From the NCBI GenBank assembly GCA_002189035.1, contig CM007990.1:2418001-2482000 (forward strand): DNA of 64,000 bases, in the 5' to 3' direction. Source of the DNA: Utricularia gibba (Eukaryota > Plantae > Magnoliophyta). Under the pieces are notes generated by a model. It was not told where the DNA came from, made no database searches, and saw only the letters and a program-made list of their open reading frames with translations. The position numbers and the translations under genes were made by a program. This document shows positions 1 through 13,000 of the stretch, in pieces (within the stretch, counting starts at the first letter, position 1; the number at the start of each line of letters is the position of its first letter).

Positions 1-576
1 AGGTAGATTGCTACCTCTCTCAAGCATGTGCGGTGGAGGTGATCACAGTACCCATGTATAGCAGATGGTCATTTATTAGGAAGGAAAATGAAAGTTATAT
101 TAAAGATGTGTGGCATGTAGTATAAACATGTGAGCAATTTGGTATTGATGTCAATATAAAGAGAAGAGATATTTTTCTTAGCTAATAAACATACATTCTC
201 AATTCTACAACTGGTATTTATAGACTCACAAAGAGCCATTAACTTGTGGATAGTAATTTCTAGCCGTTATCATCATCATTAGTTTCAGGTTTTGTTCTTG
301 TGTAAGCAAGTTGAAGAGCAGGTCTAATTAAACAACTAGTTCTAACCTAAGTCTTCTCCTCTCACATTATCACCTTGGTATATGAACATCTTCATGTAAA
401 ACCCATTTTCATTGAGTTAGGGTCCATGATAATAAGACCCATGTCTGACTTTTTTCTTTTCTTCACTCTCGACTTAGCAACAGCACTGCTTAGGCGATTG
501 TCCTCTCGGTTATTGAGATTTACCTATACTTCATTCTCAATTAACTTGTTCTTTGATTCATAAAGGTCAACTATCA
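1..576 (-). repeat. 3' LTR (partial) of the first Copia
   Basis: Aligns with 5460-5913. Starts TGATAG on the minus strand directly after the PPT. Confidence 0.8.
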
Positions 577-1980
577 TTCCTCCTTGAGGATGAGGCTGAG
601 GTAAGATTATAGAATCTGAAAGATTACGTTATAACCCTAGTAATTCTGTGATTTGGGAAAAATGCTTCAGAAATAGAGATTTCTTTCAAAACGTGATATT
701 TAATTTTAATATGTTTGGTTTTTCTAAACATTACTGGATTTTGTACAATACTTATTACCAATTAGTTGTCAATCTTCAATATGAGTAGTCTTTGCATCTT
801 TATCTTCATATCTTCGCATAACTTTAAAAGCTATTGACTAATTGAGCATGATTGGCAGGGGAAGTTCTAGCGTTATATTATGCTTCACTAGATCATTGTA
901 CCACTAAATCTCTTGTTTTCTACTATTCTAGACGAATACAACAGATCATAATGTAAACAAGTATTTGGTGGTAGATTTCAAATCCACTTCATCTCTTGCA
1001 AAATCAGAGTATATGAAACCTTGGAGAATTAGTTTAGTATATTTTTTAAAGTAAAGACCTAGAGATTTGGTAGAATTTAAATATCTAAAATTTATTTGGA
1101 AATTTTAAGATGTATGATAAGGGGTTTATGCATAAAACATGATAAGAAGATTACTGCAAATATAATAGCAAGTCTGGTGGCCGCAAGATATAGTAATGCT
1201 CCAACTATTTGCTGATATTTAGATATATTTATAACATTACCTTCACCTTTTCAATATGGAGATCCTTTCGGATGATTTTTCTAAGATACCAAGTTTGCTT
1301 TGAGTTTTAGATACAGTGTGAATGGGGTAAGTGCCTCCCTTGCTTTGCTGATGTCAAATCTAATGAGTATATCTTTAGTGTACTTTCGTTTTTTAAGAAA
1401 TATATAATCTTTAGACTAGCTAATTTCCAGGCCGAGAATGTATTGAGCTTGTCCTAAGTCTAATAGGTCAAATCATTCCTTAAGTTTTTCTTTTTGCTTT
1501 AGAATCATTTCCTTGTTATCTCCTGTAAGAAGAATGTCATCTACATAGTGAGTGACAATAATTCACCCTATATTCAATTCAAGTATGTATAGTTTGGTAT
1601 CATTATTGCGGCATATGTTTCCCATTTGTGTAAAGTAATCAACGATTGTACCATACCATTCTTTAGACACTTGTTTTAATCCATATAACACCTTCTATTG
1701 TTTGAGTAGTTTTTTATCTCCATTCATCTTTTAAAGTCCAGAGGATTGAGAACACACATATCTTTCTTTAGATTGCCATTTAGAAATGCACTTTTAATAT
1801 CCAGGTGATGCAGTTTTCAACCTTTTCTTGTAGCATATGCGATCACTAACTATATAGTATCCAATGTGGCCACCGGTGCAAAAGTATCCCAATTATCAAT
1901 TCCTTCCTTTTGCAAGTATCCTTTTGCTACTAAACGTGATTTTACTTTGTTTACAGTTGATGGAATGAAAATTCTAAAAG

Positions 1981-2621
1981 TGTCACGGGCACAGAGATTT
2001 TCCCCATCAAAAGATATTTATTGAAATGAACAAGCATTTTATATCACATTCACGAGAAAAATAATGCAGTAGTTTCAAGTCAAGATCAATCCACAAAGAG
2101 CAAACCACAATAATAGAAAACTACATTACTTGGTCTAACAGTAGCATAAAACTCAAGTGTAGGCATTTTACATTACTTGGTCGAACATGGAAACCACAAT
2201 AATAGAAAATCACATAGCTGGTGAAGCTCACTAGAAAAATGGGTTTCACTAAGAGAGAATGAGGAGAGTTACAAAAAGAATAATGGATGCAGATGATAGA
2301 TTGCCATTCTTCATATTAGGGTTCTTATTTATAGAGGACTCATGTCCAATCAATTTTGAAAAAGCTCAGTTACTATTTATGTTTGCTAGGATATGTCTGA
2401 TTTCGTCTTTGGTTCTATTGAAAGATAATTACCACCTATTTTGAAGTCCTATAGATTGGTCGCTTTTCACGTTGTCGCAAGGTGGTAGAGCCTGACGCTA
2501 CTTGTTTTATGCCTCCTTTAGGTTTATGCCTACGTTAGGAGTTATATGGGTCTGATTTCCTCAAGCGTATCATGGTTTCGGTCCTCATTTCGTGTCTTTA
2601 CCTCTCCTATGTTGTGTATCA
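1981..2621 (-). mobile_element. LTR-like insert replacing the start of the Copia RT
   Basis: TG..CA ends, minus-strand TATAAATA, interrupts the Copia reading frame, and is similar to 57780-58266. No TSD seen. Confidence 0.5.
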
Positions 2622-5297
2622 ATTTTCATGTAAGGCTCGATCATACATACTAGTAATAGATTTGTAACCTCTAATAGGTTCTTCATCCAAGTATTGTTCT
2701 CGATCACTGCATTGCAAGTGAGGTACATAACTCTCCTACCGTGTCTCAGTTCCAGCCTTGATTTCTAGTTGTGCATCATTCGTAAAGGAACTTGATATCC
2801 CATGGTTTTGCGTTCTTTCTTGATGAGAAATCTAATCATATTCTACTGGTTCATTTGAATCGTGAGAGTTTGGGTTTGGCCTTTGATTATATAAATGGTT
2901 GTCTTGAGGTATGTCTTGAGATATTTATGTAGCTTGGTTCCGTTCCTTTCCTTTAGTATCATTGTGGCATATCTCCATGTGGTCGTCACCATCGAACAAG
3001 CTTGTTTCATGACTTTCTACGTTAGTGTTCCTTCTTGAAATTCTGGTCTCATGTTGCTCCTCTTGTATATCTAGATTGTCTTGACTTAGAGGGTTGATAG
3101 AGTCTTCATCAAGAAATAATAAGTGTATTTCTTGATTGTAGATGGATTGATAAGTCTTTGGAGGTTTTGGATCAATCTCTCATTCAAGAGCTCGATGTCT
3201 TTGCATTACAATTTCAATTTAGTCTTTTTTTTTCTTTTGGTATAAATACATAACACAAGAATTCGAATATCTTCATATTTTGTAGGTTTGGAGCCTTTTC
3301 ATGCCATAGTTCATATGGAATTTTTCTCTTAGGTACACCTTTTATAGCCAAGCGATTGAGTAAAAAACCAAGGTATGAATAACTTATCCCTAGAATTGCA
3401 AAGTTAATTTATGATCTAGTATATGACATCAAGTCATATTCATGATTGTTCGATTTTTCCATTCACATATATCATTTTTTTGAGGTGGATTGATTCTTGG
3501 TACATATTTTTTTGATATCCATAAACTTGTATTCTCCACCATTTTCCAAGTGGAGTGTGAGAATTTTTGAGTTGCTATGTGTTTTTGCAAGTGTCTTGAA
3601 GGTCTTGAAATAATGAATAACTTCTAATTTATGTTTGAGAAAATAGGCCCAAGTGTATTTGGAGTAATCTTCTATGAATATAATATAGTATTTGTTTTTT
3701 TCCTAGTGTGGTCACATTCATCGAAACACATACATCACTTGTGACTAATTGTAGCTTTGTATATGATATTTCTTACCTTCGTTTGAAGACACTTCTGCTC
3801 ATTTAGCCTCGTAAGCAAGTACTACAGGGTTCCTCACATATTTGTTTAGTTTTGATACCCCAGATATTGTTCCCTTACATTGATGCATTCTTAGTGATGT
3901 ATTATGATGGTGACCAAGCCGTTTATGCTAGAGTAGAGAGGTGCCTGTAGTTGCAAAATTGAGAAGTTCATTACTATGGACACAATTAAAGGGAAACATC
4001 TGATTTATCATTCGGACTTTGAGCACTAGATTTTGATTTTGATCAGCAAGTATGCAGGTACGATCTTCTAGATGTATTTGGAATTTTTTTTCTTTAAACT
4101 AGCCAATAGTCAAAAGGTTATGTGAAGCTCCTAAAACATAAAAAACCTCGATGATTTTGAGGAGTTACTGTTCGGTCTCAATTCACACTAAGCTAATTCA
4201 ATGATTAAATATTGAGGTTCCATCTCTCATAATCAGAGTTTTTCCAGAAATCATTGTATATGAGGTAAATATTGACTGATCATTAGTCAAATGATTGATG
4301 CATGCACAATCCATAAGCCAAGTGACTTTGTGTTGATGGTCTTTTATTTATGTTAGTATTGATTTGCAGTAGAACGAGTAAATGAAAATTTTCAGATTCT
4401 TATTGACATCATCGATGGATACATTTTTTTAGTTTTGTCAAAATATTCTCAACATTAGCAGGGCTTGTATGAGAGGTCTTGTTCGGTTAATATGCCTCTT
4501 GATTCCAATAATAGCTGATTCAAGGATGGTTCTTCTGAGCACAATATGGACATGCGGGAAATGAACCTTTTTTCTCTTCTAGTTGAAAAATGGGTGCACT
4601 ATAAGGTTGCTATCCTATCTCACATTTGAACGAGTTTGAATAGACTATTGCCTTAGAGGCCTTGTCTTGAGCTTCTTTTTCATTTCAATTTTTTTTATGG
4701 CTTTCTATATTTTTTAGATGATTCAACAGGTGCTGTAGGGTTAGGATTTCAAGGAAACTAGGGGCATCAAGAGATTCGATGACAACATCAAACTTCGCTG
4801 GTGCACCATAAATAACTCAAGCTTTTAGTTTCTATTCTTCACTTTCATTGACTACTTCGCCTAGCCTTTTAGTTTCTCCAGATTTTTTAGTAGTTCTTCA
4901 GTGTTGGATACCACCTTCTCTTCTATGATCCTAAAGTTGTGGACTTAATTATGTAGAAGTTGGATTTCTCTTCTTCTAACTTCCTTTCTTTCTTCATATA
5001 GATCTTGTGGAGTTAACCAGGCTTCTCTTGGTGATTTTCTGGTGATGCATGGGTAGGTATCTCCAACAACCACAGATGTGAGCACTACCGAAGTTTGAAT
5101 TTCCTTCTCATGATCTGTGCGTTCGATGTCAACTTTTTCTTTGGTTGTGCCATCAAAGTGAGGATATGAGGCTGTGAAATTCCAAAGTCCATGCAATTGG
5201 AGGTAAATCTCCATTTTTAGGCTCAAACATCATACTCTTTCCCATCAAATATGGGTGGAGATAATATGTTGGTGTTCATTTTTCAGATCTATACAAG

Positions 5298-5913
5298 AAA
5301 AGAATAGATAGTAGGATATTCAAGAAAGTTAAGAGATATAGACTAAACTAGGTAAATGGCAGATAGCACGATACGATAGTTGTATTCTTCACGTTGGGTT
5401 CATCATGAAAGTAATATTGAGGATGTGTGACAAGGTTTTTTGGTATATAGTATAGAGATGTGAGTAATTTGGTATTGATGTCACTATAAAGAGAAGGGGT
5501 ATTTGTCTTACCTAATAAGTATACATTCTCAACTATGCAACTGGTATTTATAGACTCACAAAAAGCCATTAACTTGCCTGTAAGTAAATAGGAATTTCTA
5601 GCCATTATCATCATCATTAATTTTAACTTTTTTTCTTGTATGGGCAAGTTAAAGAGCAAGCCTAATAAAAGAGCTAATTCTAACCTAGGCCTTCTCCTCT
5701 CACATTATCACCTTGATGTATGGACCGTCTTTGCCTAAGGCCCATTTCATTGAGTTAAGGTCCATGATAATAAGACCCATGTCTGAATTATTTCTTCTCT
5801 TCACTCTTGGCTTAGCAACAGTGCTACTTAGGCGATTGCCCTCTTGTTCTTGATCTTTATCTGTACTTCATTCTCACTTGACTTGTTATTTGATTCATCA
5901 AGGTCAACTATTA
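5298..5913 (-). repeat. 5' LTR of the first Copia (left boundary approximate)
   Basis: Homologous to 1-576 and adjacent to the degenerate PBS and gag start. Confidence 0.7.
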
Positions 5914-6770
5914 GAAAATTCTTTTTCCTTCACCATAACACTCAATCTAATGACAATGGGGTTAAAAACCAACTACATCAACTCCTTACTTCACAATTGG
6001 ACCCACAAAACTCCCCAAAAGCTCAACAAACACATCTAGCAATCTTAGAAGCAAATCAATAGCTACTTAGAGAATCTCTTAAAGGGACTGAAATATTACA
6101 TCAACCCTAAGCATAATCTTGCAAGGGGAGGAAAATAATCCCATTTCCTTGCTTACCCTCAAGAGATACTAGGCGATGAGATCATTCAACTCGAGAGACT
6201 TGAGAGAGGAGATAACCTATTGGATAAGGTGGTTGTGGTTTACAGTAATCCACCCAATAAGGGCTTATAAGAACTTTCTCATAATGAAGACTTCCTAGCA
6301 ACCCAATAATGTACACATCAGCTCCATGGATAGCCTAATAGAGTGTATGTTACTTGACAAGTCTGGATTTTCCTCAAAATGTCGGAGTACATCATCAATG
6401 AATAGGATTTGGTCAAACTGGGTGGTTAAAAAGGAAAGACATTTCTTGTCACTACTTTTTGTAGGTGTATAAGCAAGCAAGATGAAGAAAAAAAAAGACT
6501 GGATTTTTGGAAAAGGAAAGCAGCCAAAGAAGGTGAAACATTTACCTTGGAGTTCTTGTGACTTTAATTGTGTTCTTGTTCAGTTTTTTATAAATGTAAT
6601 TAGTGAAAACTTTTCTTTTGATATACTAGCACCTTTAGTTTTTCTATTTCTAGGTCATCAACCTTTGCAAGGACTCTTGGCCTTGGGGCATTCTCTCATA
6701 AAATGCCCCACTTCCTTACAATTGAAACATTTTGGAATCCCACATAATCTCAAGACATTAATTAATTGAT
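5914..6770 (-). mobile_element. Ty3/Gypsy (CRM-like) gag-protease fragment
   Basis: Minus-strand CCHC knuckle PKCFNCKEVGHFMRECP near 6670-6740, plus degenerate post-protease motifs. Confidence 0.5.
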
Positions 6771-7848
6771 TTATCTGTGTCGGATTTTTTTTGTTAACAA
6801 AATACCTATGATTTTATTTATTTATCACAATACCCGTGATTTTAGTTTTTATTTAAAAAAAACATGTTTTTTATTAATACTTATTTTATTCGTATTTTAT
6901 TGAAATACATCTCACTTATTTTTGTGTTTTGTTGAAATTATTTTTTTAATATTTATTTTATTTTGAAATATTCTATCATGTTTTTTTAATTATATCAATT
7001 AAATAAAATTTCATCTTATTTTTCATTATAAATCAAAAATATAATTAAATGATTATGTATAATAATATTTTTTTTCTAAGTTTACTTAATAGTGAGACTG
7101 AGGAAAAAAATAAATTTATGTAATGAAGTATAACTCCAATTATTAGAGATATCTGATGTAATTTTATTTCAATTTTTTATTAACTTGTTTAAGTAAAAAA
7201 AATCTTTTTCTTCTAAATATGCTCAAATTTAATATATGATTATTTTTCTTTTCTGAATATCAAATTACCTAATGATATAAAAATTATAAAATCATTAACT
7301 ATGATGTGCCATGGATGACAATGGCATGCCTTGTGGCTGCGGAGGATGGGGTCATGTTTATGCTGAATCTTCCATCACCAAAACTCATCAAATCTGAAGT
7401 GGTATCATTAGTATATGATTTATTCAATGATTTTATGATTTGTATAAATTTATGAATTTTTAATATATTTATATTTGAAATAAAACTTTATTTATTGGTA
7501 AAAATAATTCAATTTTATTAAAAAAGAAACTTAAGTTATTTTAATAATAATGAATTTATGTAAAAAAAAATTAAAAACGAAAATATTTTAATTATAATAT
7601 AATCAAATGCAGGTATTTTAATAATTATAAAAAAATTAAGAGATATTTAGATAAAAAAATTTACTGACTCACGTACTTTGATAAGAAAAGCCAAGAAAAG
7701 GTGTATCCATCTGCAGCTCTAGCTCTAGTAGGGTGGAGTGGCTTGAGTCCTTTCACTCTTCGTCCCCTTCCCCAAATGCCCCATCATCGACTTCCTCTCA
7801 GTGCGCTTCATCTCAGCGGCATCCCATCCCATGCATTGAGTTTGGCAT

Positions 7849-7869
7849 CTACTACTACTACTACTACTA
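7849..7869. repeat. (CTA)7 microsatellite
   Basis: Read directly from the sequence. Confidence 0.9.
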
Positions 7870-8345
7870 GCCTTGCTGCCGCCAACAATATTCAAATTGG
7901 TGGAGATATGCAGCAACTCAAAACTTCACCCTTAAAAGATTGGAGGTTGCCGGACTCTGCGGCTCCTTCCCCTTGTGAGGCATTTTCTTTTTGGTGGGTT
8001 CGAATCAGGGTCTACTTCCTCACGCGCTTGTATGTGACGATTTTCCAACGTGGTACATTTATCATGTATATTTTAGACATTGACAGCAATTATTAATTTC
8101 CATCTCTTTAGAATATGCAGTAAGCACTCGCAAGCCAGGTTACTATTCTCATTGGTTGTCAAAAAAAATTAATATCCTTTTTCTTGGTGACCACAACAAC
8201 TATAAACTTTAAGAATGATATGTTATATATGGTAACAACTACTTATTTTTCAGACTATTCTTAAGAATAATAAATTTTAGTGATGGAAAAAAAAAAAGTC
8301 TAAAATACGCACCGAACTTGGCAGATAAACGAGTCTATCCAACTC

Positions 8346-8351
8346 CACGTG
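8346..8351 (+). promoter_or_regulatory. G-box CACGTG upstream of the chloroplast RNP gene
   Basis: Exact motif about 70 bp before the ATG. Function is inferred only. Confidence 0.35.
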
Positions 8352-8421
8352 CTCCATCATCCGAGTGTCTAGAAGGAGGAACCGAGAGTTTCCTCCCTCC
8401 CTTTGAGAGCACTTCGGAAAA

Positions 8422-9458
8422 ATGGTTGCATTTGGTCTTTTCCATCCCCCTCCGTCCTCCAACACCCTTTTTATATCCCGCCGGCCGACACCAAAACTTT
8501 GCCCCTTATCGCTACCATTGCTCTTCAACCTTCAAGTGCGCAGTCACAACCTACAGTTAGTGTCAGCGCAATTTAGGGTTCAGTGCACCGGTCAGCCAGT
8601 AATTGGTGGTGATGATTGTGTCGAAGAAGAAGAAGAAGAAGAAGGAGTTTCTCGGACCAAGATACTCGTCCAGAACGTTCCCTGGACATGTACGGATAGT
8701 TCTCTTCGACCCCTCTTTCAGAAGCATGGCACTGTGGTAGAAATTGAGGTTAGGGTTCACGTCATTCTCACGGGATTCTCTTTTGGCTTCTTACACTCTG
8801 TTTTTGTGTGTGCAGTTCTCAATGTATAATAAAACTAGAAACAGGGGTCTTGCATTTGTGACAATGGGCTCCGCAGAAGAGGCCGTTGCTGCTTTTAATA
8901 GTCTTGAATCTTCCGTAAGTATTCCTTTACGAATTCTGGAATAGTCTTTTGGAATTACTTATAGTATTTTGTATTGGGACTTAGGAATTGGAAGGTAGAG
9001 TTTTGAAGTTGAACTGGGCCAAGCCGAAAAAGAGGAAACCAGTGTCACAACCCAAGCCTCTGGCAGTTCACAACTTGTTTGTTGCAAATTTGCCATTTCA
9101 GGCTCGGGCAAAAGACCTTAAGTTGTTCTTTAATTCGAATGGTGCGAATGCTGTGTCTGCTGAGATTATTTTTCTTGAGAACCCCAGAAAATCTGCTGGT
9201 TATGGTTTCGTTTCCTTCAATACAAAGGCAGAGGTAGAGGCTGCATTATCCACATTTCAAGGGAAGGTTTGTTGTAGCCACTTGTATCCATATTGGCATT
9301 GAGTAGGGTAGAAGGGAAACACTCTTTTGAATAACATTTCTTTGTTTTCATTGCAAAAGGAGTTCATGGGACGACCGATTCGTGTGGCACGAAGTCGAAA
9401 ATTTCTGAGGGATGAGACGAAGGCAGCTATCGAATTGGAGAGTGCATCGTTGACTTAA
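8422..9458 (+). CDS. CP33B: Chloroplast RNA-binding protein with two RRMs (cpRNP, CP33B-like), 268 aa. Exons 8422-8748, 8816-8914, 8985-9266, 9360-9458
   Basis: Transit-peptide-like N-terminus, acidic E7 stretch from (GAA)7 at 8623-8643, RRM1 (ILVQNVPW / RGLAFVTM) and RRM2 (LFVANLP / GYGFVSF). Three phase-0 GT-AG introns of 67, 70 and 93 nt give an uninterrupted frame ending TAA at 9456-9458. Confidence 0.92.
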
Positions 9459-10050
9459 ATTATCCTACAAGAGGATGAGCGTCATGGTTCAAACATATAA
9501 CCAAGTAACGGATGCTCTGTTTCGTATAATTGGGATATGTGTTCATGCCGTAGAAGATGATCCACATGCAGTTTTTGAGGCAGGTAAAAAGCTTGTTGGA
9601 CTCTAAAAGGGTGGTCTGCTTCACCCCGCGTTGAGAGTCTGCCACAATCTCATATTTTAAGCTCGGCCTTTTCTCCATTTCGACATTCTATGCTGTAATA
9701 TATGTGGTATTTCACATATATAGGTGAAAAGTACAAAAACACATCATAAGCTAATCATGCCCCTTCGAATTACGAAGGTATTGTGATCTCCCATATCCCA
9801 TGAAGACATGAAAGGGTAAAGTCAATCATGCTTATCAATCTGCATGGTCATGTTTGTGTGATATACTAAAATTGCACAAATGAGTAACAAGACATTGGTA
9901 ACTAACATAAACATCTCTTGGGCCAAACACTTAGGCTGCGTTTTGTTTGGGATATTTAAGTGGGTTTCAACATAGGTTTAACAATAAGCTCATGTTTGAC
10001 ATGTGGGGTGTGTAGGTTTAACAATAAGCACATGTTTGCAACATACACAT

Positions 10051-13000
10051 CTTATGGTGTCTAATGATTATTACTTACAATCTCTATTCTTTCTAAATTG
10101 TGACTCCTCATTTCTCTTTCTTTCATAGTCTGATTGTAAAAAATTCATTCTATTGAGGGTAGATTTGAATGGGTTCCTTTTTAAATATCAAAATCACCTC
10201 ATATTCGTAAGTTGTTAATCTTTTTAGATTAGAGGGTCACATCATTTGGTATCACAATTTAGGATTCCTTCTCTTTATGAGTATCTTGTTCTCCTTTTAG
10301 TTTTTCTTTTCTTGCTTATTTGAAAAAAAAAAAGCAAAGCAAAGACACCCACGGCCTTCTCCATATTTTAGGCTTTGACAAGGAAAAAAAAAGAGTGTAA
10401 AGGAAGTCCATTAAGGAAGAGCTCGAAATTCAGCATCAGTTCAGTAGCAATAACACCTTAAATATCAACTTCAAGAGTATGAAAGAGAAGAAGTGTGAAG
10501 ATGAACAACTATTACTTGTCATTATCATCAATTATTAAACTTTATTTGTCTATTGCTCATCCCTTTATTTCACACATTCTATCAACCAACCTCTTTCGTG
10601 TTGTTTTCTTTAATTTCAACCCCCATCTCCTGTCATTTACTTGTCTCTATCATTGCATTTTACTATTCTCTTTGTTTATTATCCATCACTCTGATTGATC
10701 TACTCCAACAAACAACCAACTTTATTCAACTACTCTCCCTTGTCTCTATCTTGACTCAATTAATAATATTACCCTCACTTAACCCCATCATAACACCTTA
10801 AACATTACCCATATGGAAGTGATTAATTGTTGGGATGCCATGAGTTCAAGCATGATAATATTAAAGAGGTCATTGATAGCACACAAATTTTCCTGTTTTT
10901 ATTATATGAAAATTATAAGTTTTAATTATGTTTTAGTTGTTTATTTTCTACTCTTAAGTATTTTCATATAATTTAGTATATATATTTTGTATGCAAATGA
11001 GCTAAATTCTTTGATTTAACCCATTCTATATTACTAATGTGTCTTGAGTCTAGCAGCAAGTCCCAAAAATCAGGAAAGAAGGCAAAGATTTCGTGCATTG
11101 AGCAACTTAGCAGATGTGCAGCATAACAGAAGGGACAATGAGTGTACTATCATGGCACAGTTTGCAAGTCAGAGGTAGGAGCAGAGGGATTGTTAGAAAA
11201 TTGTACTTGCTTTGGGAAATGAAGAAAATATTTTTCTTGCGAAAGAGAAAAAAAAAGGGAGAGCTTCGGTAGCTTCAATAGTGACACACAGAGAGGGCTC
11301 CTCCAATACTACGAACACCAATCAGAAGGGGAGAAGAAGGAGATTCTCTTGAAGATACCTCCTCATCCTCAAGAACACTACGAAGATCCACTTCAACACT
11401 ACTGTTCCACACTGTGAATAGTAGCAGACGGAAATAGAACATTTTATTTACTTTTCTGAAACCTTTGCTTTCGTTGGTTGTCTATTTTACAATGTTGGGA
11501 ATATTTAATGTAGTTTGTGATTATTTAATCTTGCTTTATTTTCCATACATGAGTAGCTAAACCTTAGGGATTCCTTAAGATGTAGGATGGTGATGTGGTG
11601 GTAGGAGTTAATAATGTAATTGATCTTTCTTTCTTATTTTTTGTTTTCTATCATTCCATGGGTAGACCTAATATAATTGATCGCAACTTAGATACTTGAT
11701 TTAGAGGTAGACCAACAAATCAAGGTAGCAGCAGTAGATATTAGTCCAGGGTAGACCTAGTTATATATACTTTGCATGCAGGTAGACCCAATTGCGATGT
11801 TGGTGATGATATTAGGGACTGTATGAGTCGAAAACATAATAAATCACCTAGGTAGACGTAGGTTGTTTTCGGGTTGTGAGTAAATTAAGTTAGGAACCTT
11901 AGCAGCACATCACCTGCATTACCTTAAGGCATCTTAGTATTATCCCGTACTTAGAACCAGTACTTGTTATTTTCTGCTCTACAACTTGACCGTAATTCAC
12001 AAGTTTGTCTATTACTGTTAGTTCGAACTTAGACTAATACTGGAATCATTTTGTGATCTTGCATAGACTAGAATACATAGCAATCATTCGCTCCTTGTGA
12101 TCGACCTTGAAAACCACTATGCATGTTTTTTGAACTTGTATTTTGTGGATAGTAGGGTTTATAAATTTATTTTATTCGGAATTTTATTTTATTACAATGG
12201 TATCAAATTTCCCGTTATCAGTCATCAAGGATTTGAAGCTTGAGGATTGAGTGGTAAACTTTGTGTGTGTTTCTTTGTTCTTTCGCTTTATTTTCTTTTC
12301 TCCATTGCTGCTCATTTTTTTCTCTTGTTTTAGGATGTCAAATTAAGAAAGTGAGCATGAGAAGGATGACTTGCAAGATGACAAGTTCACTTTGAGAGCT
12401 ATGCAACAAGAATGTTCAAGATTGCATCGTGTTCTTGAAGATATCAATGTCAGGCTTTATGAGCATGAATATTCTCTTCAAAATATTGGAAGAACCCAAG
12501 GTGTACGAAATAATCATGCTTCTCAAAGAGGTCGTAGTGTGTGAATGCCTCAACGCAACTACACTGAACTTGATTTTAATGATCAACAGAGTGAAAGGAG
12601 CTTTGGAAAAAGATAAAATGTTTCCAAGCAAAGGGTGCAAACAATACCTCCAAAGTGCACTACAAGGAACATAAAATGTTTCAAATGCTTGGGACATGGA
12701 CATATTGCTTCTAAATGTCCAATTAAAAGAGCAATGGTGATCAGACGCAATGGGGAATTGAGTGACAAAAATGAAATGCTTGTTTTTGGAGAGATGTTAG
12801 TCACTCAAAAAACTTTTAACATTGGAGTCAAGGATAATGATGAACAAAGGGAGAACTTGTTTCAAACACGCTGCTTTGTGAATGGCGAGATTTGTAGCAT
12901 GATTATTGATGGAGGTTGTTGTACTAATGTTGATAGCAACATCTTGGTGGAGAAATTGCAACTATCAATATTGAGGCACCCTAAGCCTTACAATTTACAG

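Larger units (their letters stand above)
1..5913 (-). mobile_element. Degenerate Ty1/Copia LTR retrotransposon (Ivana-like); left LTR cut by the window edge
   Basis: Direct repeat between about 130-576 and about 5460-5913 (LTRs). Minus-strand PPT CTCAAGGAGGAA at 577-588 and degenerate Met PBS near 5285-5296. Gag N-terminus (..PPIFDGKEYDV..KMEIYLQLHGLW, ORF 4945-5226), integrase (IPKEK..) and RT (KSRLVAK, YVD) motifs, all with stops or frameshifts. Confidence 0.85.

Noticed and set aside
1965-2629. Inverted 9-mer ATGAAAATT / AATTTTCAT flanking the insert
   Set aside because: Low complexity, not at matching boundaries, and no TSD to support a TIR element.
7998-8006. GTTCGAATC B-box suggesting a tRNA or SINE
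   Set aside because: No A-box at the right distance, no cloverleaf, and no poly-A/TSD.
8571-8757. TTTAGGG-like telomere units
   Set aside because: Isolated single copies in coding or intron sequence.
9698-9721. 9-bp perfect hairpin downstream of CP33B
   Set aside because: AT-rich and short, so plausible by chance.
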